From NCBI GenBank assembly GCA_050011875.1, contig JBEKIG010000007.1, forward strand, positions 32,001 to 96,000: DNA of 64,000 bases, written 5' to 3'. Of this stretch, positions 1-9,128 are shown piece after piece. Below the pieces are notes generated by a model. The model saw only the letters and a program-made list of their open reading frames with translations. It was not told where the DNA came from and searched no databases. The first letter of the stretch is position 1. The number at the start of each line of letters is the position of its first letter. Both the position numbers and the translations under genes were made by a program. The stretch comes from Nitrososphaeria archaeon (GTDB taxonomy: Archaea > Thermoproteota > Nitrososphaeria > JACIWG01).

Positions 1-321
1 TGGGTATATGGTATAACCTACTGCTTTAGCGCCCAAACTTACGGCGTATTCGACAGAGCAGTTTTGTCTAGCAATTGGATCACCTTTAAAGATATTTGTT
101 TTACCATTTACCTTCACGATCAGGGGAACTCTACCATTATAGTAGTGCTCAGCTAATCCTTTTTGAAAAACGATACCGTTAAAATGCCCCTTTTCAGCAA
201 TCTCCATTATGAAGCTGGGGTCTATGCTTTTTTGATTAAAGTCTGTGGGACCGTGCTCTAAGCCGTGATCGTATGCGAGTATTATTGCTCTATCCTTTTC
301 TAGGAACTTATCAAAGCCCAT
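1..321 (-). CDS. fba: Archaeal class I fructose-bisphosphate aldolase (DhnA type), N-terminal part, truncated by window edge
   Basis: Manual translation MGFDKFLEKDRAIILAYDHGLEHGPTDF...PLIVKVNGKT...LGAKAVGYTIYP; AYDHGLEHGP and GYTIYP motifs. Confidence 0.9.
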   Translation of the reverse strand, partial: MGFDKFLEKDRAIILAYDHGLEHGPTDFNQKSIDPSFIMEIAEKGHFNGIVFQKGLAEHYYNGRVPLIVKVNGKTNIFKGDPIARQNCSVEYAVSLGAKAVGYTIYP

Positions 322-436
322 AGTTATCTAAGCAACGAGATAGAAAGTGATATATTAACTTTTTACATAAGCCTGTTTTAAAACTGACTTTAGACTTCAA
401 GGATCTAAATTCTACCAAATAAAATAATGCAAAAAA

Positions 437-1576
437 TCATTTTTTGAATAAGAGGACACTCTCAAGGGCTGATCCAATTTTGCGTCTTTCGTGATCAGTA
501 ACCGTTCTCCTTTTAGCGTACAGTATCTTTTCCACTTTGAACCCAACGCCTTCGGCCAGTTCTGATATATGGAAATGAACGGGAATGATCCTATCAGGGA
601 AGACCCCTTCACCAACGACCATGGCAACTTTGCCGCCGTCTTTCAGAACCCTAAACTGCTCCAGGAGAATCCTTTTCATATCCTTAAGATACGCTTTTCC
701 AACAGCTGGAATATCCAAGTCTGAAAAATCTGAGAAATCGCCGGTTACATCAAGTCCAATATAGGATCTGATAGCTTCAGATCTTGATTCTCCGAAGAAG
801 AGCTCAGTTTCCAGAGAATACACTTTCATGTAGTCTATTATGTTAAGATAGGGGGGAGAAGTGATAACGGCATCAAAAGCCGAATCATCGAGGAAATTGA
901 GATTCCTAGCATCTCCTTGGAAGACCTTAACAGATGCTCTCTCAGGCCCGAACCTCTTTAGATCATTAAACATTCTCTTCACTGTCCTCTTAAAAAGGGG
1001 CCTGAAGGGAGGAATATTTTTAATCGGACGAATCTTAATATAAGATCCATCCTTGTATGCGAATGAAACCTTCTCTGAAGACATCATAAGCGCTAGAGTG
1101 AAAAAGTTCCGAATCACAGGATCTTCGATGCGCGCTATAATACTCTTGAAGAAGATAATATCCTCAAGCGCATATTTTGTAAACGAACGCTTCACCATTG
1201 AACTATAAGCACTGACATCGGTGGGAGCAAATTTGTTCGCAAAGATATTTCTGGATATCGCCTTCATTTTTTCTATGTCGTAGTACATAGTTTTAACTTG
1301 TGAGAGGAAGATCGACAGAGGCATCGCATCAACCCCTATAGAGTTTATTGCACGCTCCTTGCACGAAAGAAGAGTCGTCCCTGAACCACAAAAGGGGTCC
1401 AGAACCCATTTGCCGCCTTTGACCCTAAAACGATCTAACATAAGGAAAACAAAATCTCGTGAGAAACCTTCCTTAAAGTGGAACCAGTTATATATGGGAT
1501 ACCTTTTGTTTGGAACAAAGGTTACAAGCGGACCTAGATCAAAGTCTTCTTCGACTCTAAAATTACCCATCTGCAA
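437..1576 (-). CDS. DNA amino-methyltransferase (probably N4-cytosine)
   Basis: SAM-binding DPFCGSGTT and catalytic TSPPY; N-terminal W..FKEGFS motif. Confidence 0.85.
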   Translation of the reverse strand: MQMGNFRVEEDFDLGPLVTFVPNKRYPIYNWFHFKEGFSRDFVFLMLDRFRVKGGKWVLDPFCGSGTTLLSCKERAINSIGVDAMPLSIFLSQVKTMYYDIEKMKAISRNIFANKFAPTDVSAYSSMVKRSFTKYALEDIIFFKSIIARIEDPVIRNFFTLALMMSSEKVSFAYKDGSYIKIRPIKNIPPFRPLFKRTVKRMFNDLKRFGPERASVKVFQGDARNLNFLDDSAFDAVITSPPYLNIIDYMKVYSLETELFFGESRSEAIRSYIGLDVTGDFSDFSDLDIPAVGKAYLKDMKRILLEQFRVLKDGGKVAMVVGEGVFPDRIIPVHFHISELAEGVGFKVEKILYAKRRTVTDHERRKIGSALESVLLFKK

Positions 1577-1912
1577 TCATCATTCGTCCTACGGGAGTGA
1601 ATTTAACAATTGTGCACAGGCTGCCCCCGTTTACTATCCTTCTTCGCAATACCTATTTTATTTTGTAAGTGCTTGAATTCAAAGTCTATTAATTTCTTAA
1701 CATAATTTAACTATTTATCTAACTATGACAAATGACAAATCTACTGCCCTTCTAAAACCATATTAAATCAAAAATATGGCCTTCAATCTCAGAAAATCTA
1801 GACCGATTTCCGAGCATAGCGCTAAGAATTTCGCGTTTGAATACTAAATAATGAATGAATACTCGTTGCGGAAAGATTTAATATCCATCCTATTATTTTT
1901 TATTGAGACTAT

Positions 1913-2926
1913 TTGAAGGCCATAATGATTCCAAAACCACATAAGATCGAAGTTATTGACGTCGAAAGACCGATAATAAATGATACAGAGATATTGGTTA
2001 AGGTTAGAGCTGTAGGAATATGTGCTTCAGAAGTTCACGCATTCGAAGGAACACATCCCTGGAGAGTTCCTCCAGTCATTTCAGGCCATGAATTTTCAGG
2101 CTCAATAGTTGAAGTCGGAAAGAAGGTTAAAGGATTCAGTGCAGGGGACAGCGTCACAGCCTGCCCAATAGCAACATGTGACATATGCGAATACTGTCTA
2201 GCGGGAAGGGACAACATCTGCGATAATATTAGAATCCTTGGAACGCCAAAATGGCCCGGTCCATTTGCTGAATATGTAAGAATACCTTATTCGACCGCCT
2301 ATAGGTTACCCTCCAGCCTGACCTTTGAGGAGGGAGCTCTCATAGAGCCTCTTACAGTAGGATTACATACTGTGAACAGATCTTCGATAAAGAGGGGACA
2401 ATTTGTAGCCGTCTTAGGAGCTGGGGCAATAGGCCTCTGCACGCTAATTGTAGCTAAACATTTGGAAGTAACGTCAATAATATCGGATATAGTTGATTCC
2501 AAACTAGATAAAGCAAAGAGTCTTGGAGCGGATTTTATCATTAACCCCAAAAGCGAGGAACTTTACAAAATCGTTAGAGATGTAACAAAGAACAAAGGAG
2601 TTGATGTAGCGATAGACTGCGCCGGTGTATCTAAGAGTCTCACAGACTCATTGAGTCTTGTGAAGAAGGGTGGAACAGTCGTTGTGACTGCACTGTTTAA
2701 AAAGAGCGTGGAAATGGACCCGGGAACAATAACCACAAGGGAACTTGATGTTCGGGGAGCAATTTTATATACAAAGGCGGAGTTCAAGAAGGCTGTATCA
2801 TTAAGCAAGGGAGTTAGAACAGACCTAAGGCAGCTGATAACACATAGAATGCATTTTGAAGACGCAGAAGAAGCTTTTGGACTGATGCAAAAAGGGGAAG
2901 CAATCAGGATAATGTTGAGCCCATAG
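1913..2926 (+). CDS. Zn-dependent polyol/threonine-type dehydrogenase (MDR family)
   Basis: GICASE, GHEFSG, structural Zn CxxCxxC...C, GAGAIG. Confidence 0.85.
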   Translation: MKAIMIPKPHKIEVIDVERPIINDTEILVKVRAVGICASEVHAFEGTHPWRVPPVISGHEFSGSIVEVGKKVKGFSAGDSVTACPIATCDICEYCLAGRDNICDNIRILGTPKWPGPFAEYVRIPYSTAYRLPSSLTFEEGALIEPLTVGLHTVNRSSIKRGQFVAVLGAGAIGLCTLIVAKHLEVTSIISDIVDSKLDKAKSLGADFIINPKSEELYKIVRDVTKNKGVDVAIDCAGVSKSLTDSLSLVKKGGTVVVTALFKKSVEMDPGTITTRELDVRGAILYTKAEFKKAVSLSKGVRTDLRQLITHRMHFEDAEEAFGLMQKGEAIRIMLSP

Positions 2927-3279
2927 CGTGAAAAAATCTTGAGCATTCCTTCTAAACAGTGCTTAATCTCCTTTATTTCGACTTCATCTTAGAAATCATC
3001 TTATACATCATTAGCTAATGCTTCTGGATAAACTTGATGTTCGAGTTTATCTACCATTGTCCCAGAACATACATATTATCGCCTAGACTTTCTCTCATTT
3101 TAGATTTTGCAAAATATTCTAGGTGCTAAAGAAAAATGCATAAGCTAAAGTATGTTTTTAATAACCTTTGTCCACTTAATCTTTTATTAAAACTTCAAGC
3201 TCGGCGAAAAGGCTGAATGCGTTGGTATGGAATCGAAAAAATTTAAATCAGTTTTTGCTACAGTTTAGTTGGATATGAT

Positions 3280-3543
3280 TTGAAAGGCGCAATAGTGTTT
3301 CTTGTAGTCTTCTTCATTCTAGTCTTCGTTACTATCGGATATGTTGAACTACCACCTGGAAGAATGATATACAACCTACTTAACGTCCCCGAAACAGACT
3401 ATTCTGTACTCGGAATTGGAGCGACAACTCTAGCTATTTCAGTGTTCAATGGGGTAGTTTATGGACTCATAGCCTAGTTAATTTATACTCTGGTAGCAGG
3501 AAGGGAGAAGAAGGACCAGACTACCATTATTTCTTCCAAATAG
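3280..3543 (+). pseudogene. Small membrane protein interrupted by an in-frame TAG (3475-3477)
   Basis: ...FNGVVYGLIA*LIYTLVAGREKK...; the hydrophobic helix continues past the stop, which is consistent with TGG->TAG. Confidence 0.55.
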
Positions 3544-4084
3544 TAGGCTCACCATCACTGATTCGAAGTCTTTAAGATTATATTCAAACTTTCTTAATTA
3601 ATTTGCATAATCTTTATTTTGCAAAGCAAACATTCTTCATAACTCGCATTTCATTCCGCATGGCTCAGGTCTTCTCTATTCGAAATTCGATTACAACTGC
3701 TCTGGAACTATGGTTCATAGTTCCATTTTAGCAGTTCCTTTCTTCTTCTATGGACCGTGGAATTACTCCAAAGCATGGAATAGGGAGGTGCGTGGGAAGA
3801 ACATAGGCATCCGGTGCAGCTTGATATATCTCGTCAATGGATTCTACCTTCATCTTTTATTGCTATTTTTATTAAATAAACTTTCTATGGAAAACTGACT
3901 GGCCCAAGATTCGTTTAACACGATGTCTCTAGTGACCATTCTCCTCTGGTGTTTCTTATCCAAAAAAGGTCAGAGGAACCTATTCCCTAATCCAGACTCA
4001 CTAGCCTAAGCAGAAGTAAAGAGGGTGCTTTAAGGAAGATAAGGAAACAACTTAAAACAACAGACATTTCCACATATAATAAGG

Positions 4085-4169
4085 TGCGGGGGGTGGGATT
4101 CGAACCCACGAACCCCTACAGGATAGACGCCTCAGGCCTACGCCTTTGACCTGGCTTGGCAACCCCCGC
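4085..4169 (-). tRNA. tRNA-Leu(GAG)
   Basis: GCGGGGG acceptor, anticodon arm TAGGC-CTGAGGC-GTCTA, long variable arm, GTTCGAATCC T-loop. Confidence 0.95.
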
Positions 4170-4211
4170 TTGTGGCTTATGGTTGCGTTTGGTGACTCTT
4201 AATTTTTTTGC

Positions 4212-4595
4212 GTTTGGGTAGTCTTCCTTGAAAATAACAGGAGTACTTGGATTAGTCAATCTTAAAGCCACCGGTCCAACGTAATTTAATGCTTCATTAG
4301 TTACCTTTTTCGTCCCAACCGCGTCTGCGGGGGAGATGATGACTAAGTTAGGTATCGCCCTTATGGCGGCAATATCTTTGATTACCTGATGCGACCCTCC
4401 CATAAAGGTCCAAAGCATACTTGAATTGCAAAGGACAATCTTTATATTAGCCTTATCAAAAGCTACATTTTACCTTATCTGGTTATATGCTCTACCTAAA
4501 GCAAATATGCCATGACAATTTGTTAAAGGAATCTTCCCACCAGCGGCAAGGCCTGCAGCTAACGTTATCATGTTTGCTTCCGCAATTTCAAAGCA
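4212..4595 (-). pseudogene. Fragment of split-type transketolase C-terminal (pyrimidine-binding) subunit
   Basis: EIAEANMITLAAGLAAGGKIP...RAYNQIR*NVAFD...GGSHQVIKDIAAIRAIPNLVIISPADA; internal TAA, both ends missing. Confidence 0.85.
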
Positions 4596-4719
4596 CATAA
4601 GAAGATTACCCATGATAAAGAACGATACGCTAATAGGCATTATCACGGCATGTGACCTTGTTGAAGCGTACGCAAAGTGAACTCAATTCCTTCCTCTTCC
4701 TTAGATTCAAGATGGGAAC

Positions 4720-4794
4720 TGGAGCCCCGAGCGGGGATTGAACCCGCGGCCTATTGCTTACGAGGCAATCGCTCCACCGCTGAGCTACCGGGGC
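4720..4794 (-). tRNA. tRNA-Thr(CGT), CCA encoded
   Basis: GCCCCGG acceptor, ATTGC-CTCGTAA-GCAAT anticodon arm, GGTTCAATCCC T arm. Confidence 0.95.
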
Positions 4795-4945
4795 ACGTTT
4801 TTGCTCTAAAAGCTCAAATTATTTAAGCTTAGTGCAGGAAAAACAGGTAGAACATTACTTACCCTAGAAAATTTTTATTTACAACGGAACTGCTAGCGTA
4901 AGACAGCTGAGTGTTCATTGGTGAAAAAAATAGTGATCCAAAAGA

Positions 4946-5926
4946 GTGAAGCGGTGGATTTTAATGCTTGACGAGTGGAAAATCATAGAAATTATTGTAA
5001 ATACTGTAGGTCAGCCTAAGAAACTTTTCTCTGAAATTGGAGACGATGTCGCCTGGACTAAAAGAGCTATGAAGAAAGAGAAGTTTGTAATTAAATGCGA
5101 TATGCTCGTAGGGAAAACGGATATGCCGAAAGGCATGACACTTAGACAGACGGCGAGAAAAAGCGTTGTAGCATGCATCAGCGACTTCGTTTGCAAAGGT
5201 GTTAAACCCTGGGGTGCACTTATTTCACTGGGTATTCCAAGGGGGTTTACAGATGAAAACGTACTCGAGCTAGCTAATGGACTGAAGGATGCGAAGATTG
5301 AATATGGAATAGAAGTTGTTGGAGGGGACACCAATGAGACATCTGACCTGGTCATCGACTGTGTGATGTTCGGGTGGGCCCGACGAATCGTTAGTAGAGA
5401 AGGTGCCTATAGCGATGAAGCGGTCTTAGTAACAGGAGACTTCGGTCTGCCGCCTCTGGGGCTTGATATAATAAATGGAGTTAAGCAGATAAAGAGCCCG
5501 CGTCTAACTGAAAAGGCAATAAAGTCGGTGCTGTATCCTAATGCAAGAGTAGATTTTGGCCTAAACGCCAGCAGCAAAAAACTGATGACTTCCTCTATAG
5601 ATTCTAGTGATGGCCTATCTATATCGATTTACGAAATAGCGCAGCGGAGCCATGTTGACATCTTTCTTGACGACTTGCCAATCAATGACACTTTGAAGAA
5701 CAATAACGAAGTTACAGATAAGGAAAAGATAGATTACACACTATTTGGAGGGGAAGAATACGAGATAGTGTTTACATGCAAACTCAAGGACTATCCTAAA
5801 GTAGCAAAAATAGCAGAAGAGACAGCAACACCTATCAAAAAGATAGGACGAACAGTAGAGGGGAACGGAAAAGTGTATTTTAACGATGAAATGCTCGCGA
5901 AGAAGGGCTGGGTTCACTTCAAATAA
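4946..5926 (+). CDS. thiL: Thiamine-monophosphate kinase (true start may be ATG ~4963)
   Basis: IGDDVA, SDFVCKG, VVGGDT, DSSDGL, GGEEYE motifs. Confidence 0.9.
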   Translation: MKRWILMLDEWKIIEIIVNTVGQPKKLFSEIGDDVAWTKRAMKKEKFVIKCDMLVGKTDMPKGMTLRQTARKSVVACISDFVCKGVKPWGALISLGIPRGFTDENVLELANGLKDAKIEYGIEVVGGDTNETSDLVIDCVMFGWARRIVSREGAYSDEAVLVTGDFGLPPLGLDIINGVKQIKSPRLTEKAIKSVLYPNARVDFGLNASSKKLMTSSIDSSDGLSISIYEIAQRSHVDIFLDDLPINDTLKNNNEVTDKEKIDYTLFGGEEYEIVFTCKLKDYPKVAKIAEETATPIKKIGRTVEGNGKVYFNDEMLAKKGWVHFK

Positions 5927-5993
5927 TCTCAAATGAGACAACGAAAAGGGAAAGGTTTTTATCTCATCCTTTGAAAGCGTATAACGAGACGAT

Positions 5994-6176
5994 ATGTCTA
6001 AGAATTTCACAACAGGACAGACTTGGGGCGCCCTAAAGAAGGCGTGGAAAGGTTACAAGATTGCTAAAGTTCAGAGTGACAAAGCTAGAATGATGGAATA
6101 CGCTAAAAGGATAAGGACTTTACAAGAAGAACTAAAGGTAGAGAAAGCGAAGTTCCCAGACTTAAACCTGTACTAA
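5994..6176 (+). CDS. Small conserved hypothetical protein resembling a Thaumarchaeota-type family
   Basis: TTGQTWGALKKAWKGYKIAKVQ recalled from Nitrososphaerota hypothetical proteins; clean ORF followed by a T-rich tract. Confidence 0.7.
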   Translation: MSKNFTTGQTWGALKKAWKGYKIAKVQSDKARMMEYAKRIRTLQEELKVEKAKFPDLNLY

Positions 6177-6319
6177 GCTAAGCAAAGGGTGCCACCTCAC
6201 TTTTTCTTTTTGTCGCAGTAAGACAACTAATGTTATATTCTATAAAATGTATTATCGTGGAAAATATTTTTTTATTGTGAAAAAACTTAATTTAAAGGTT
6301 GTCAAGGAACCTTTATGAT

Positions 6320-6394
6320 GGGCTCGTGGCTCAGTTTGGATAGAGTACAGGCCCTCTAAGCCTGGGGTCGTGGGTTCAAATCCCACCGGGCCCG
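6320..6394 (+). tRNA. tRNA-Arg(TCT) with C at position 33
   Basis: GGGCTCG/CGGGCCC acceptor, anticodon arm CAGGC-CCTCTAA-GCCTG, GTGGG-TTCAAAT-CCCAC. Confidence 0.9.
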
Positions 6395-6771
6395 TTTTAC
6401 CACTTTGGGATAGATTGCTATTTGGAATGATATACATGAGAGAGGATTGAAGATTATTTAAAAGATGTCACCAATAGTTTTTGCTTTCTTAATCAGATCT
6501 ATTTTTGTGTACTTTGGTGCCCTTGAAGGCTGGATAAGGCATTCGACATATTTTCTACTTAATTTAAATAATAAGCCTATATAGAGTTTGCAGCCTCCCT
6601 AAAATGGAGACTCCTCCCCCGTTCATCACAGCGATAGGCATTTACAAAACTTCTCCTAATCTCAAGCTGGGAACTACATCCACCTAACATCAAACAAACT
6701 TTACCAAATTGGTTAATGTCAGGATTATAAAATATCGTTTTATAATATCATTTGATAATCTTGGCTAATTC

Positions 6772-6943
6772 CGGCTCAAACAGAAATTTGTATGCAAAAT
6801 TAGCGCTAATTTTCCGCTTGTCGGCTCAGACTGATCTCCCTGTGTACAATTTAACATCCCTTTGCTCTCATACCGGACGCATTTAAGTTGAGCCGGCAAA
6901 AACTGTTTGCGCTAACTTTTTTGCCGATTTTCTGTTTGAGCCG
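6772..6943. repeat. Non-coding symmetric element, copy 1
   Basis: 15-bp perfect outer IR CGGCTCAAACAGAAA (6772-6786/6929-6943); GGCTCA at 6773, 6823; TGAGCC at 6889, 6937; palindrome AAAATTAGCGCTAATTTT 6796-6813; homologous to 21560-21729. Confidence 0.85.
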
Positions 6944-7153
6944 AACATAGTTGCACCTGGTTAGTTCAACGTTGAACCTTAACAGATTCCGTAAAGGTTC
7001 TTTTATAGTGAACTTGACAAAAAATGCGTACATCAAAAAAGATAAAGAGAACATCAAAGGTTATACGTTCGATGAGAAGAAGGAATTAACCTAAGTACCT
7101 CCTTGGCTCTCCTCGTCGACACCCTAACTTTACCCTAAACCTATAAATTCTCT

Positions 7154-7220
7154 GATATCAAGCTTGATATCGGTCATGAAACAAATCCGGCGGCCCTTTG
7201 GCCCGCCGGAATCATGAAAC
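7154..7220. repeat. Palindrome/hairpin cluster
   Basis: Perfect 18-bp palindrome GATATCAAGCTTGATATC (7154-7171); hairpin TCCGGCGG-N9-CCGCCGGA (7186-7210) flanked by direct repeat TCATGAAAC. Confidence 0.75.
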
Positions 7221-7529
7221 GTCAAAACTCTAAAAAGATTACTTAATTTGTAAAGGTTGTTTATAACTACCCGCTTTCGGGCCCAGGAGCCGTTATCATA
7301 ATCGTCTTAGCGACCTCCTCAGGATCATGATTTTACGCTGGGGTTCAAGGTCGATTATATTGCTACGTCAAGAGCAATATGTTATGAACCACATTAAGAC
7401 AGAGAATTAAAATTTAATCTCATTTTAATCTGAAATCGAAGTGGTCTGTAACGTTAACATATAAACAGCTAATTGAGTGAAACCAGAAAATTTAAGTTCT
7501 TCAAACTATTCTTACAATTTAAGCGGTCA

Positions 7530-7828
7530 ATATAGAGAACATACGATTTGGCTTTTTCTATGAGCCCGGAAACGAAAATGAAGTGAAAATATTATTTGGC
7601 ACAGTCATACCTTATCTGGGTGAAGCCTTTGAGGAATTAGGACTTGGACAGTCCGAGTGGTATCTCGACGAGTTCTCTGATGGCGTTCCTGATTGTGTTC
7701 TCGTCATTGATGGAAAGAAAGTAGCGACTGAATTCGAGTTTGTGAGCTATAATTTCTATCAACACGGTCACGATCCAAAGAAGTGCGATTTAATAGTCTG
7801 CTGAAAACATACATGGTTGCATCGTTAA
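7530..7828 (+). pseudogene. PD-(D/E)XK restriction-endonuclease-like domain remnant
   Basis: YEPGNENEV...PDC...EFEFVSYNFYQHGHDPKKCDLIVC*KHTW; TGA at the position of the expected W in CDLIVCWxH. Confidence 0.7.
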
Positions 7829-7921
7829 AGATCCTTCGGAAGATGCCAGTTTAAGAATTGGTCTTGCTCATAAGAAAAGTTAATATCAGGTCGACATGTT
7901 CAAAGAATTAGCGGATAAGGT

Positions 7922-9067
7922 ATGACTGTTAAGAATATTGGAGTAGGAATGTTAGGTTACGCGTTTATGGGGAAAGCGCACTCTTATGCATTTAAGAATA
8001 TGCCTCTTTTCTTCTGGCCCCCTCCTGCGGTACCAGAGCTGGTTTCGATCTTTGGTAGAACGGATTCTAAAGTCGCGGAAGCCGCGCAAAACTTTGGGTT
8101 CAAAAAATATACAACCGATTGGCACGAGGTAATAGAGGATAAAGAAGTTGAAATTATCGATAACTGTCTTCCCAATGACATGCATCACGATATATCAATA
8201 GAAGCTATTGAAGCAGGCAAACATGTGATATGCGAGAAACCTCTTGCAATGAACAGTAGGCAGGCAAAGGAAATGTGGGATGTCGCAAGAAAGAACTCTG
8301 TAAAGTCTATGGTCGCTTTCAATTATAGATTTGTTCCAGCCGTTGGTCTAGCAAGGGAAATAGTAAGGTCAGAAAGACTGGGTAGGATCTACCATTTCAG
8401 GGCAAGATACCTTCAACAATGGCTTAGAAATCCTAACACTCCTCTAGTTTGGAGACTCGATAAAGAAAAGGCGGGAAGCGGACCTATAGGAGATCTTGGT
8501 AGCCACGTTTTTGACATCATTCGATTTGTAATGGGAGAAGTAAAAGCGGTTACAGCTATATCAAAGACGTTCGTCAAGGAAAGACCTTTGCCAACCGATA
8601 AAATGAAAAAGGGAAAGGTTTCTGTAGAAGATGCGTTTGAGTCCATCGTTGAGTTCGAGAATGGCGCAACAGGTACCGTTGAGGCATCGAGGATGGCAAC
8701 AGGGAGAAAGAATTATAATAACTTTGAGATCAATGGAGAAAAGGGTTCGATAGAATTCGATATGGAAAGGCTCAACGAACTTCGTTTCTATTCAGAAGAA
8801 GGTGATGTAAGTACGATTGGCTGGAATAATATTCTTGTGACAGAAAGCGTACACCCTTTCGTATCCCATTATTGGCCTTCGGGGCACGTAATCGGATGGG
8901 GAGATACATTCGTGAATGAGATATATCATTTTATGGACGTTGTAGTAAACGATAAAAGAGTCGATCCTATTGGTGCGACGTTCGAGGATGGCTACAAGAA
9001 TAATGTAATATTAGATGCTATCATACAATCTACGTTAACAGGTAAAAAAACACCTATAGTGTTCTAA
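7922..9067 (+). CDS. Gfo/Idh/MocA family sugar/inositol dehydrogenase
   Basis: GYAFMGKAH, CEKPLA, GDLGSH motifs. Confidence 0.9.
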   Translation: MTVKNIGVGMLGYAFMGKAHSYAFKNMPLFFWPPPAVPELVSIFGRTDSKVAEAAQNFGFKKYTTDWHEVIEDKEVEIIDNCLPNDMHHDISIEAIEAGKHVICEKPLAMNSRQAKEMWDVARKNSVKSMVAFNYRFVPAVGLAREIVRSERLGRIYHFRARYLQQWLRNPNTPLVWRLDKEKAGSGPIGDLGSHVFDIIRFVMGEVKAVTAISKTFVKERPLPTDKMKKGKVSVEDAFESIVEFENGATGTVEASRMATGRKNYNNFEINGEKGSIEFDMERLNELRFYSEEGDVSTIGWNNILVTESVHPFVSHYWPSGHVIGWGDTFVNEIYHFMDVVVNDKRVDPIGATFEDGYKNNVILDAIIQSTLTGKKTPIVF

Positions 9068-9128
9068 TGACGTAAACACTTTACGATAACGTATATTAAA
9101 TCGCAAAAAAATATGTTCTTAAAGGAGA

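Noticed and set aside
4116-4212. 3' part of the 100-aa ORF
   Set aside because: Read-through of the transketolase remnant into the tRNA-Leu gene; not real coding sequence
6252-6437. 61-aa ORF on minus strand
   Set aside because: Antisense shadow of tRNA-Arg(TCT)
6772-6943. Interpretation as CRISPR array, C/D-box sRNA or ORB origin
   Set aside because: Repeats are 6-10 bp and inverted, with no spacer array or cas genes; a CTGA is present but no correctly placed C box; no ORB consensus
6851-7057. 68-aa ORF, and the 64-aa ORF at 21528-21722
   Set aside because: They overlap the symmetric elements; no convincing shared protein sequence, and conservation is in DNA motifs and spacing
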